This document shows, piece by piece, positions 23,018 to 32,000 of a DNA stretch of 32,000 nucleotides. The notes under the pieces are model-generated. The model saw nothing but the letters and a program-made list of their open reading frames with translations, ran no database searches and was not told where the DNA came from. Location of the stretch: positions 1,200,001 through 1,232,000 of the forward strand of contig NZ_CP007754.1 of assembly GCF_000757865.1 (NCBI RefSeq), written 5' to 3'. The position numbers were made by a program, and so were the translations under genes. The stretch is from Prochlorococcus sp. MIT 0801. GTDB lineage: Bacteria; Cyanobacteriota; Cyanobacteriia; PCC-6307; Cyanobiaceae. Positions within the stretch are counted from its first letter, which is position 1; each line of letters starts with the position of its first letter.

Positions 23018-26000
23018 TTGCTAACAATTTATCGAAGTAATAAAGCTGAATGGTTAGCAGAGTTGCTAGGACAGGAACTTCGATTAAATCCTCCTGAAAT
23101 AACTGAAGAAGTTAACATTATCGTAAATACATGGCCATCAAGCAGATGGCTAAGTGAAAGACTTTCAATAATTAATAATATCAATGCATTAGTTAAGTAC
23201 CCATTCCCTGGTACATATTTAAAAAGGTTAGTAAAGAGAATTATTGGTATTGATCCAAATGAAAAAGATCCATGGGAAAAGAATAATCTTGTTTGGAATA
23301 TTCTAGAATTATTGCCAGAATTAATGAAAGAAGAAGAAGCAGAGATAATTCAATCATGGCTAGAAAAAAGCGATAAAGAAAATGATAATATTAATCTTAA
23401 TTCATGGGATCTAGCAAATAATATTGCAGAGATATTTGACGATTACATACTTTATAGACCAGAAATTATAAAGCAATGGTTAAGCAAGAAAGCAAAGAAA
23501 GATTTTCGAGAATTTAGTGTTGATAAAAATATCCATTGGCAAGAAATATTATTTAATTTATTATATAAAAAGATAAAAAAAGATCCTTTTTGCATCCAAG
23601 TCGAAAAAGCTATTAAACGTTTGAAGAAAGATGATATTTCTAAATTAGATTATCCCAAAAATCTATACATCTATGGAATCAGCAGTCTGGCACCATTGCA
23701 AATAGATTTAATTCAAGCATTTTCAAAAGTAATCAATATAAAAATTTATCTAATTTCCCCTTGCAATGATCTTTGGCAAAGATGTGAAGCAAGAAGACTG
23801 CAGTTTAGAAACACATGGAATACTCCACCTGACAAGCAATGGTTACTAGAATCTCCAAGACTTGAAGCCTTCCTTGGGAGGATGGGGGCTGAATTTCAAC
23901 AGTTGCTAGAGGGGAGTGGTGAATATCAATTGGGGAATAGAAATGAGGAAGATATTTTTTCTCTTACAGCAGATATCGCCACTAACAAAGGGAACAAACC
24001 AAATTTATTAGAACAACTACAACAAGAATTATTATCAACAAAAAGTGAAAGTATTTTAACCAAAGAAAAATCTGACAAATCACTACTTTTCCTTAAATCT
24101 CCAGGGAAGTATCGGCAAGTGGAATTAATACGGGACCATATATTACAGCTCATCGCCAATAACAAAGAACTTCAACCCAGAGACATCCTAATAATGACAC
24201 CACAGGTGGATAGTTATGCACCAATAATTGCCTCAGTGTTTAACAATATCGATCATAATACTACTCAGCTACCTTGGGTAATAACAGATAGAAGTCAAGA
24301 AGATAAAGTAGGTTTAATACATTTTGTATTAGATCTGTTAGAGATTTCGGCCTCTCGTCTAACCGCTTCAATTTTTGAAAACTTATTAACGAATCCAGCA
24401 CTCCAAACACAACAGAATATAAGTATTGAAGAGGTGAGTGAGATAATCAAAAGTCTTCAATCCGCTGGCTTTACTTGGGGACTTGATTCTTCAGAAAGAT
24501 TTGGGGAAGAAACTCATAGTCTCTGTTGGTGTCTAGAAAGATTTCTACTTGGTCTTGTTTTACCAAACAATCCAGTTAATGGAATAAGCAATATCTCCCC
24601 TTATTCCGCGAATATTTCAAGTACAGAGTTTATAAAAGCATGGGGGATACTTTCAAAACTCTGCAATTATATCGATGCGATTCGCAGTAATCGTTCATGT
24701 AAAGAATGGATAAAACTTATAACATCGCTGGTTAAGGATTTATTCGGGGATGGTGGGGAATGGGCATGGGAAGAGCAACAACTACTAACTATTGTTAATA
24801 GTTGGCATCTCATAACAGATGATTGTGAATTAGAAATTGATTGTTTAGTAGTCAAAGACATTATTACCAAAGCATTAAGTTCTACGAATGGCAAGTTTGG
24901 TCATAGGACAGGCAAGATTACGATCAGCGCCTTAGAACCAATGAGAGCAATCCCTCATCAAGTCATCATCGTTATGGGACTGGAAAGTAGAACTTTTCCA
25001 AGAATAGATAATAGAAGGAGTTTTAATCTCTTAGAAAGAAAAAGAGAACTTGGAGACCCTAACCAATATGACAAAGACCGCTATTCATTATTAGAAGCTT
25101 TAATCTCAACTCGTCAAAATCTTTTACTTTCTTGGAATTCCAAAGATGAAAAGACAGGAGAAGATCTTGAACCTCCAAGTCCTATTCAACAATGGCTGAA
25201 TTACTTAAAAATCAAATTAGGAGCCAACACCTATCAAGATATTCTCATTGAGCCACCAGCAAATCCTCTTGATCATTTCAACTTTATAAAAACCGAAAAT
25301 TCACAAATCATGAGTTCTGACATGAAGAATCTAGAAGCTAGAAAATGGCTTGAAAAAGCGATTCCGACTAAAGATATCTCACTAGCATTACCGATAAAAT
25401 GGAACGGAATAAACGAAAGTGAATCAAAATCTTTTTCCTTCGAGGAAACCAAAGAATGGTTACTAAATCCACAAATAACATGGTTGAAAGAGAATGAAAT
25501 CCAATCTAAAGAATTTGTCAATCTTATTGAAGATAATGATTCACTTGAGCTTTCAGAGTTAGAAAAATATAAGCTGCTGAAATATCGACTAGAGAATAGT
25601 GATCTCAGCAAAATTAACAACACAAAAAACAATTCAAACTACTGGGAAGAAAACTTTTCTGGCAAAGGTGTTTTTCCTCCAAAAGGCTCTGGATTAATAG
25701 AAGAAGATATTCTTGAAGAGCGATGGAATAATTTAATATCCGCAATATACGCTACCGGTGAAATCACGAAAAGAAGTATTGAGATGCAAGAGTTAGAAGG
25801 TGAATTTTACTTTAGCGGGAAGAATTTAATACAGATTGAAATTGGAATTTTAAAATATAAAACTCTTATGAAAGGGTGGCTAAATCATTTATATTTATCT
25901 GCAAATAGTTCTTTTAATTCCAAAACTCTGATAATATCTAAAAAAATAGATTATAGTAAAAAAATAAATTTTGAAATAAGCAAGGAAATATTACCAATCA

Positions 26001-26311
26001 ATACCCAAGAAGCAACTAAAACACTAAGAGAGATCCACCTATTAGCAGCCGCAGGAAGAAAAAGTTGTTGGCCCATACCACCTGAAAGTGGCCTGGCATA
26101 TGCCCTTGCTATGAACGAAAAGAATAAGAATGAGGAAGATTTATTTCAAAAGGAATGGGAAGGTGATTTATATAGGAATGGAGAAAGAGAATCACTATCA
26201 ATGGAACTTTGCTTTGGGAAAGAATGCAAAGCCTCTACTTTTCTAGACGTTAAATCATTTAACGATATATTAATGAGTCTCTATGAACCACTACTGAAAA
26301 ACATCTACTAA
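23018..26311 (+). CDS. recC: Exodeoxyribonuclease V gamma subunit RecC
   Basis: 1097 aa. The N-terminus (LTIYRSNKAEWLAELL) and the context, followed by recB and recD, fit RecC. TTG start; there is no in-frame ATG near the N-terminus. Confidence 0.85.
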   Translation: MLTIYRSNKAEWLAELLGQELRLNPPEITEEVNIIVNTWPSSRWLSERLSIINNINALVKYPFPGTYLKRLVKRIIGIDPNEKDPWEKNNLVWNILELLPELMKEEEAEIIQSWLEKSDKENDNINLNSWDLANNIAEIFDDYILYRPEIIKQWLSKKAKKDFREFSVDKNIHWQEILFNLLYKKIKKDPFCIQVEKAIKRLKKDDISKLDYPKNLYIYGISSLAPLQIDLIQAFSKVINIKIYLISPCNDLWQRCEARRLQFRNTWNTPPDKQWLLESPRLEAFLGRMGAEFQQLLEGSGEYQLGNRNEEDIFSLTADIATNKGNKPNLLEQLQQELLSTKSESILTKEKSDKSLLFLKSPGKYRQVELIRDHILQLIANNKELQPRDILIMTPQVDSYAPIIASVFNNIDHNTTQLPWVITDRSQEDKVGLIHFVLDLLEISASRLTASIFENLLTNPALQTQQNISIEEVSEIIKSLQSAGFTWGLDSSERFGEETHSLCWCLERFLLGLVLPNNPVNGISNISPYSANISSTEFIKAWGILSKLCNYIDAIRSNRSCKEWIKLITSLVKDLFGDGGEWAWEEQQLLTIVNSWHLITDDCELEIDCLVVKDIITKALSSTNGKFGHRTGKITISALEPMRAIPHQVIIVMGLESRTFPRIDNRRSFNLLERKRELGDPNQYDKDRYSLLEALISTRQNLLLSWNSKDEKTGEDLEPPSPIQQWLNYLKIKLGANTYQDILIEPPANPLDHFNFIKTENSQIMSSDMKNLEARKWLEKAIPTKDISLALPIKWNGINESESKSFSFEETKEWLLNPQITWLKENEIQSKEFVNLIEDNDSLELSELEKYKLLKYRLENSDLSKINNTKNNSNYWEENFSGKGVFPPKGSGLIEEDILEERWNNLISAIYATGEITKRSIEMQELEGEFYFSGKNLIQIEIGILKYKTLMKGWLNHLYLSANSSFNSKTLIISKKIDYSKKINFEISKEILPINTQEATKTLREIHLLAAAGRKSCWPIPPESGLAYALAMNEKNKNEEDLFQKEWEGDLYRNGERESLSMELCFGKECKASTFLDVKSFNDILMSLYEPLLKNIY

Positions 26312-26312
26312 A

Positions 26313-26867
26313 ATGAGGCTAAACAAAAACTTTAAGAAAATTATAACTGTCTTATCAAGATGGGGATTTAGCAAGCAAGGACTATTAAATAATTCAAAAG
26401 GGGAGTGGTATTTATTTTCTCAAATACTACTAATACTCCTCCATTTTATAGTTCCCTACCCAAAAATAGAGTATACAGAATTTGCAATAAATATTTTTAT
26501 TAAAATTATTGGATTAGCAATTTCAATTCAAGGTCTAATCATTGTTATCAACGCATTCCTAGATTTAGGAGAAAATCTTACACCGCTTCCTTATCCAATG
26601 AATGAATCGATTCTGATAAAAAATAAATCATACAAAAATGTTAGACATCCCCTTTATAAGGGATTATTATTTATTTCATTAGGAATATGTATTTTTTTAT
26701 TGAGTCTAATACATCTATGTTTGCTCATATCATTAGCTTACATCTTAAAAATAAAAGCTTTAAAGGAAGAAGAAAGACTGAAAATTAAATTCCCTGAATA
26801 CAAAGAATATATCAAAGAAGTACCAGCTATTATCGAAAAAATAAAATATTTAGATTGGAGGTCTTGA
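26313..26867 (+). CDS. Isoprenylcysteine carboxyl methyltransferase / phospholipid methyltransferase-like membrane protein
   Basis: 184 aa, multi-TM. VRHPLYKGLLFISLG and EEERLKIKFPEYKEYIKEVP match the ICMT/PEMT C-terminal signature (RHPxYxG .. EE..L...F..Y..Y). It starts 1 nt after the recC stop. Confidence 0.7.
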   Translation: MRLNKNFKKIITVLSRWGFSKQGLLNNSKGEWYLFSQILLILLHFIVPYPKIEYTEFAINIFIKIIGLAISIQGLIIVINAFLDLGENLTPLPYPMNESILIKNKSYKNVRHPLYKGLLFISLGICIFLLSLIHLCLLISLAYILKIKALKEEERLKIKFPEYKEYIKEVPAIIEKIKYLDWRS

Positions 26868-26963
26868 AATGATAATTATAAGTAATTTAAAACATCAGCA
26901 TCAAGGTGAAAAGAAGAGAGAACTAATGAGTTGTTATTTTATGATTGTAAATATGAAATAGAT

Positions 26964-29900
26964 ATGAATAATATTGAATTATTTCAAGCAAATAAATATC
27001 CTTTAACTAATGGAATGCGCCTAATAGAAGCAAGTGCTGGTACAGGCAAGACATTCTCTCTTTCTCATCTTGTCTTAAGGTTATTGACTGAAAAAGAGTA
27101 TTCGATAAACGAAATACTGGTTGTTAGCTTTACAGAAGCTACAGCATCAGAAATAAAAGCAAAAATCATTGAAAGACTAATTTCAGCATTAAAAATAATT
27201 GAATCAATAAATACAAACGTAAAACCATATCAAATTGACGACGTATTAAATGAATGGATTGAATTAAATATTACATCCAAAGAAAGGGGTTTATATATAG
27301 CTTCCCTGCTATTAGAAGCATTAGAAAGAATTGACACTGCAGATATCACAACAATTCATGGATTTTGCAGTAAAACTCTTCGTAGAGAAGCTATAGAGAA
27401 TGGTAATAATTTAAACCCAACCATTGAAAAAGATTCAAATTCACTAATAAATGAAATTGTTGAAGAATATTGGATAAAAGAAATATTAGAAATAGAGATT
27501 TCAGAATTAAAAGGGATATTTAAAACTAATTTTAATCGTAAGAATTTAATTCAAGTTCTTAGTTCATTGGATAATGATCCAAATAATATTTTCAAACAAA
27601 CATTTAATGACTTACAAATAGAAGAAAGTCTTTCAAGTCAATTAAACAACTTAATTGATTTATTATGGATAGAATTTAAAACTATATGGAAAGAAAAGGG
27701 CCAAGAGCTTGAAGAGGGATTTATAGAAATTGCGAAAGATCTAAAATCTCAGGGTATTACAGGGACACAGCCATACTCATCCAAGCCTAGGAAAAATCGT
27801 TATCAGCTTTTAAGTAACTGGATTGAAGAATATAAAGAGAAAAAACGACCATCATATGAGGATATTCAAAATCAAACCCTTATAAATAAATATTTTCATC
27901 CTAAAAATATTTACAAATTAGATATGAAATATAAAATAAATTCTTGTTCAAAAGAAATGAAGGAAACACTTGATATCATAGGAGCTTTATACGATAGTCC
28001 AGGTGAATTAGTTTGGGAACATGCTTTGTTATTTACTAAGAGAGAGCTTGAGAAAAGAAAATCTAAGAAGGGTCTGATAAATTATTCTGATCTACTTAAA
28101 TTATTAGACCCTAAAAAACTCAATAGTAAAAAAATTAAAGATGAATATAAACCTAATAATATCTATAAAAACTTAAAATCTAGATATAAAGTAGCCTTAA
28201 TCGATGAGTTTCAAGATACTGACCCAGTCCAGTTAAGATTACTAAAAGAAGCCTTTGGTAACAGTGCAACGCATCTATTACTAATGATTGGAGATCCAAA
28301 GCAAGCAATCTATAGTTTCAGAGGTGGGAGTTTAAATACATACTTAAAAGCCCGAGAAGCTTGTGATCGAATTGATTTGATGAACGCTAATTATAGAAGT
28401 ACAAAATCCCTAATCTTAACTCTTAATAAATTATTTCTTGATGGTTTAATTAGATCAAATCTATCGACTCAAGAACTTAATCCATGTTCACAAGAAGAGC
28501 TATTAAAACTGAATGGTATAAAAGAACCATTTAAGATAATAAATCTAATAGATAACAATCAAGAGGAAAAAGCACAAAGAGTAAACTTAGAATCAAAAAG
28601 CAGAATCGAGGATAAAATTCCGAAAGTTATTGGATCTTATCTGTTAGAACTATTAAGCAATAATCCTAAAGATTTAAACCCCTCAGATATTTGCATACTA
28701 GTTAATAGACACGATCAAGCTACCAACATCAATAGCTATTTATCAAAAATAAAAATCCCTTCACAACTCCTAAGCAATGAAAATATTTTTACTAGAGAGG
28801 GTGCTCAAATTCTACAGATTTTCATTAACTGCATCGTCAGTCCATACAACCAACAAAAAATTTCCATTTTGGCTTGTTCTGAGCTAATGCAATGGAAAAA
28901 GAAAAAACTTATTGAATCAAAAATTAATGGGGATTTTGATTCATTATCTTCGAAGTTCAATGAACTTGCCAAATTATTTCCAAAGATTGGATTGTTAGGG
29001 TGTTTATCAAACTTTCTAGAAGGTAAATCAATAGCTGACCTTTCTCAAAGAGGAACTTTGTTAGGTGATTTATATCAAAGCTCTCAGTTAGTAGACGAAC
29101 AGATCCATCGACAGCAATTGAATGCTTTAAGAGCATCACAATGGCTTAGCTCGCAACGATTCCAGCCCATCGAGTCAATACCTGAAGAGTATCAACCTAA
29201 TAGTGCCATTAGTAATAGCTCCGTAAATATCATTACAATCCATAAGAGTAAAGGACTTCAATTTAAAATAGTAATCTGTCCATACTTATGGCAAAGACCT
29301 CCAGATAAAAAAAGTCATTTATGGAAAGATAATCAAAATCTATTAATTTCTAAAAAGTATAAATGGCATAAAAAATATTGTTCATATCAAAATTTCATTA
29401 GAAAAGAATCATTAAATGAAGCAGAGCGGTTAGCTTACGTTGCTTTTACAAGAGCCAAGCAACAATTAATAGTCCTGTGGGCAAAGGCTGCTGATCAAGA
29501 AGGGAACCCTCTTTCAGGATTTTTATTTGGATCTGAATCAATAAATTTAAAAATAGAAGAGCATACAAAAGCAATGATGGAAAAGTCATTCAAGAGAAGG
29601 GAACTAAGAGTTGATATTCAGGATATAAAAGCAATTGAAACTAATAAAACATGGACTCAACCGAAAAATGAAGTCAAATTACAACTTGGAGAAACTCCTA
29701 AACATCAGTTTGAGAATAGTTGGGGAAGGTATAGTTTTTCAAAATGGATATCACAAAAAGATGACGAATTAATTCTGAAAGACTTTTCAGAAGAGTTAAA
29801 TGAAGATCATGCATTTAAAGATGAAATTGAGGATGTATCTCTCCAAAAAATTGATCAATTATTGATAGAGAACGATCAAAGTATTGACAAATCAGAAGAT

Positions 29901-30743
29901 CAGGTTTTATCGATCGAAAGTCCTATTGGTGATTTCCCCCGAGGTCCTATAGCAGGGACTTGTCTTCATAAAATACTTGAAAAAATAGATTTCAATGATA
30001 TTGAAAATCAACTAAAAGTTTCAGCTATAATAGAAGAAGAATTAAATACAGTTAATATAAGTAATTCATTTATTGAACCAATAAATATTTTATTAAAGAG
30101 AATTGCAAATATTCCTTTAGGTGGTCCTTTAGGTAAATTAAAGATGAAAGATTTAAATTCTAAAAGCTCTATCAAAGAATTAAAATTTGATATTCCAATT
30201 TGTCATAAAGCTAATCCAATTAATACTTCAGAATTATCATCCATATTTAAAGAAGATCCCCAAAATAAATATGGTACAGACTATATAAATAAACTTATGA
30301 ATCTAAATATCTATAGCAGCGGTTTCCTAACCGGATCCATAGACCACATTTTTGCAGACAACCCAAATCATGAAATTGCTAAATGGTGGGTTTTAGATTG
30401 GAAAAGTAACTGGATAGGAAGTCCACTATCAAAAGATGGTGGATCTTTTTGTGGTCCCTCTAATTATTCAATTTCCAGAATGGATGAAGAAATGTACCAT
30501 CACCACTATCCACTTCAAGCTCATATATATTTACTTGCTTTACATAGATTTTTAAATTGGAGACTCCCCGAGTATTCACCTCAAAAACATCTTGGAGGTT
30601 ACATTTACGTGTTTTTGAGAGGACTTCCAGATAAAGGAGATTTAGAAGAAAAGAGTTTCTCTCAAAGGACTCCAGGCTTAATCGTAGAACCTGCTCCTAT
30701 TAAAAGAATTCAAAAATTAGATTTATTGATTAAAAGAATTTAA
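26964..30743 (+). CDS. recB: Exodeoxyribonuclease V beta subunit RecB (UvrD-type helicase plus C-terminal nuclease)
   Basis: Walker A EASAGTGKTFSL, motif II ALIDEFQDTDP, ..GDPKQAIYSFRG.., ..IHKSKGLQF.., ..AYVAFTRAK.. The C-terminal PD-(D/E)xK region includes GSIDHIF..VLDWKSN. ATG 26964 (track TTG 26931). Confidence 0.9.
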   Translation: MNNIELFQANKYPLTNGMRLIEASAGTGKTFSLSHLVLRLLTEKEYSINEILVVSFTEATASEIKAKIIERLISALKIIESINTNVKPYQIDDVLNEWIELNITSKERGLYIASLLLEALERIDTADITTIHGFCSKTLRREAIENGNNLNPTIEKDSNSLINEIVEEYWIKEILEIEISELKGIFKTNFNRKNLIQVLSSLDNDPNNIFKQTFNDLQIEESLSSQLNNLIDLLWIEFKTIWKEKGQELEEGFIEIAKDLKSQGITGTQPYSSKPRKNRYQLLSNWIEEYKEKKRPSYEDIQNQTLINKYFHPKNIYKLDMKYKINSCSKEMKETLDIIGALYDSPGELVWEHALLFTKRELEKRKSKKGLINYSDLLKLLDPKKLNSKKIKDEYKPNNIYKNLKSRYKVALIDEFQDTDPVQLRLLKEAFGNSATHLLLMIGDPKQAIYSFRGGSLNTYLKAREACDRIDLMNANYRSTKSLILTLNKLFLDGLIRSNLSTQELNPCSQEELLKLNGIKEPFKIINLIDNNQEEKAQRVNLESKSRIEDKIPKVIGSYLLELLSNNPKDLNPSDICILVNRHDQATNINSYLSKIKIPSQLLSNENIFTREGAQILQIFINCIVSPYNQQKISILACSELMQWKKKKLIESKINGDFDSLSSKFNELAKLFPKIGLLGCLSNFLEGKSIADLSQRGTLLGDLYQSSQLVDEQIHRQQLNALRASQWLSSQRFQPIESIPEEYQPNSAISNSSVNIITIHKSKGLQFKIVICPYLWQRPPDKKSHLWKDNQNLLISKKYKWHKKYCSYQNFIRKESLNEAERLAYVAFTRAKQQLIVLWAKAADQEGNPLSGFLFGSESINLKIEEHTKAMMEKSFKRRELRVDIQDIKAIETNKTWTQPKNEVKLQLGETPKHQFENSWGRYSFSKWISQKDDELILKDFSEELNEDHAFKDEIEDVSLQKIDQLLIENDQSIDKSEDQVLSIESPIGDFPRGPIAGTCLHKILEKIDFNDIENQLKVSAIIEEELNTVNISNSFIEPINILLKRIANIPLGGPLGKLKMKDLNSKSSIKELKFDIPICHKANPINTSELSSIFKEDPQNKYGTDYINKLMNLNIYSSGFLTGSIDHIFADNPNHEIAKWWVLDWKSNWIGSPLSKDGGSFCGPSNYSISRMDEEMYHHHYPLQAHIYLLALHRFLNWRLPEYSPQKHLGGYIYVFLRGLPDKGDLEEKSFSQRTPGLIVEPAPIKRIQKLDLLIKRI

Positions 30744-30755
30744 ACGAGAGAACCC

Positions 30756-32000
30756 TTGAAAAAAAAATTTCCAACTGATTTAAATAAAGCATTATTAGCT
30801 ACTCTAATTCGCTATTTTCCACCCATAGAGTTTAATGAAGCCTTAATTGATGTTGTAAATGTACTAATGGATGGATTATCAAGAGGTGATGTTTATATAG
30901 ACATGAAAGAAATCCCTAAAAATCTTGAACTTAAATATAAAGATTGGCCCAGCTTTCATATGAAAGCCTTATTAGAGAGTGGCTGGACTAAAGAAGATAA
31001 CTCCCCAATAGTTTTAAATGGGGATTTTATAAGTTGGCGTCGAACACATAATGAGATTGTTGAGACCATAAATAAAATACACTTAAGGAATCAAACTATT
31101 AATAACCTATCTAAAGAATTATCTGTTCGAATTGAAGCTAAGAATTTAGAGCATCTAAATATTCAACAAGTAGAAGCTGTTAACCTTGTTAAAAGTGAAA
31201 AAATCATCTTATTAAGTGGTGGCCCAGGCACAGGCAAGACTAGTACCATCCTTCAAATGCTTTTACAAGCACTAACAAGAAATCCAACTCTTAGAATTGC
31301 AATGGCTGCTCCAACAGGGAAAGCCGCAAAAAAACTAAAAGATACTATTCAGGCGGGAATTAAAGGTTTTGATGATCCTATAAAGGATAAGCTTGCTAAC
31401 ATTCCCTCTAAAACATTACATAAATGGTTAGAAGCAGGACCAAATGGCTTCAGAAGAAACTCTCAACGTCTATTAAAATTAGACCTAATAGTCATAGATG
31501 AGATGTCAATGGTTGATTTATCAACCATTAATGGATTGCTCGATGCATTAACAAAATCATGTCAAATAATCTTAGTAGGTGATCCTGACCAATTATTACC
31601 AATAGGAAGTGGTGGTATATGGCAAATTTTACAAGAGAAAGAAACGAAAACAAACTTTCAAACTAACTCAGTCAAACTAACAAAGTCATACCGAAATAAA
31701 GGAGATATCGCTTTATTAAGAAATACACTAAAAGATAAAGGAGTAGATGCCTTTTGGCAGCTCCTTTCAATTAAAAAAGATTCAACAAATACACTTAATT
31801 ACCTTTCATCCCTAAAAAGTGTTCCAGATCCGGTAGTAAGGACTCTTCTAAGCTATAGAAAGAAGCTTAAAAAGTTAACAGAAAATTGTATCACTCATAT
31901 TCCAGAAGAAGCCTGGCAATCAAGCATGATTGAGATAGATCAAACAGTTGAGATACAAAAACTCTTTAAATTCATAGATAATCTTCTTATACTTTGTCCG
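30756..32000 (+). CDS. recD: Exodeoxyribonuclease V alpha subunit RecD (partial; runs off the window)
   Basis: Not in the track because no stop lies in the window. The frame is open for 415 codons from TTG 30756. Walker A LLSGGPGTGKTS, APTGKAAKKL, Walker B LIVIDEMSMVD, VGDPDQLLPIGSG. The first in-frame ATG is ~36 codons in, so the start is uncertain. Confidence 0.85.
   Translation, partial: MKKKFPTDLNKALLATLIRYFPPIEFNEALIDVVNVLMDGLSRGDVYIDMKEIPKNLELKYKDWPSFHMKALLESGWTKEDNSPIVLNGDFISWRRTHNEIVETINKIHLRNQTINNLSKELSVRIEAKNLEHLNIQQVEAVNLVKSEKIILLSGGPGTGKTSTILQMLLQALTRNPTLRIAMAAPTGKAAKKLKDTIQAGIKGFDDPIKDKLANIPSKTLHKWLEAGPNGFRRNSQRLLKLDLIVIDEMSMVDLSTINGLLDALTKSCQIILVGDPDQLLPIGSGGIWQILQEKETKTNFQTNSVKLTKSYRNKGDIALLRNTLKDKGVDAFWQLLSIKKDSTNTLNYLSSLKSVPDPVVRTLLSYRKKLKKLTENCITHIPEEAWQSSMIEIDQTVEIQKLFKFIDNLLILCP

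Noticed and set aside
23926-29139. Antisense ORFs inside recC and recB (23926..24165, 24667..24894, 25273..25632, 28957..29139). The same applies to 14299..14547 in sulP, 22251..22590 in pdxJ, 1986..2432 and 2702..2932 in the VirE gene, 3226..3523 in the HTH region, 5424..5624 in pilin-lectin 1, 16062..16301 and 9878..10060.
   Set aside because: All are embedded in, or in alternative frames of, longer ORFs with recognisable family motifs. Their low-complexity composition makes them spurious.
1-32000. CRISPR arrays, rRNA genes, IS elements/transposases, integrases
   Set aside because: I found no regularly spaced direct repeats, no rRNA-like conserved blocks, and no ORF with DDE, tyrosine-recombinase (R..HxxR..Y) or serine-recombinase motifs on either strand.

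Overview
The window looks like a low-GC marine picocyanobacterial chromosome of Prochlorococcus type. That assignment is inferred from gene content and composition, not from any search.

The left ~40% is accessory DNA anchored on tRNA-Pro(UGG) at 3989-4062 (minus strand).
(i) 1-3988 is the tRNA-proximal part of a capsid-encoding element that resembles a phage satellite. It carries an HK97 prohead-protease/major-capsid fusion that runs off the window, a VirE-type replication NTPase, an excisionase-like HTH protein and a candidate iteron origin. All genes read away from the tRNA 3' end.
(ii) 4063-7362 holds three decayed tRNA-Pro copies: a 5' half, a 3' half and a full-length pseudo-copy. They separate small cassettes. 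Two cassettes encode paralogous proteins with a type IV prepilin N-terminus fused to a C-type-lectin-like C-terminal domain.
(iii) 7363-12900 is extremely AT-rich and full of small ORFan, mostly membrane, proteins.

The right ~60% is core-like. In order it contains a SulP permease, three or four small conserved proteins, tRNA-Lys(UUU), trmFO, crtH, a GC-rich OmpR-type response regulator lacking the phospho-acceptor Asp, grxD-bolA, an acyltransferase, pdxJ, and recC / ICMT-like methyltransferase / recB / recD (recD runs off the window).

I saw no rRNA, CRISPR array, transposase or integrase in the window. All family assignments come from motif recognition by eye. No searches or folding calculations were run.
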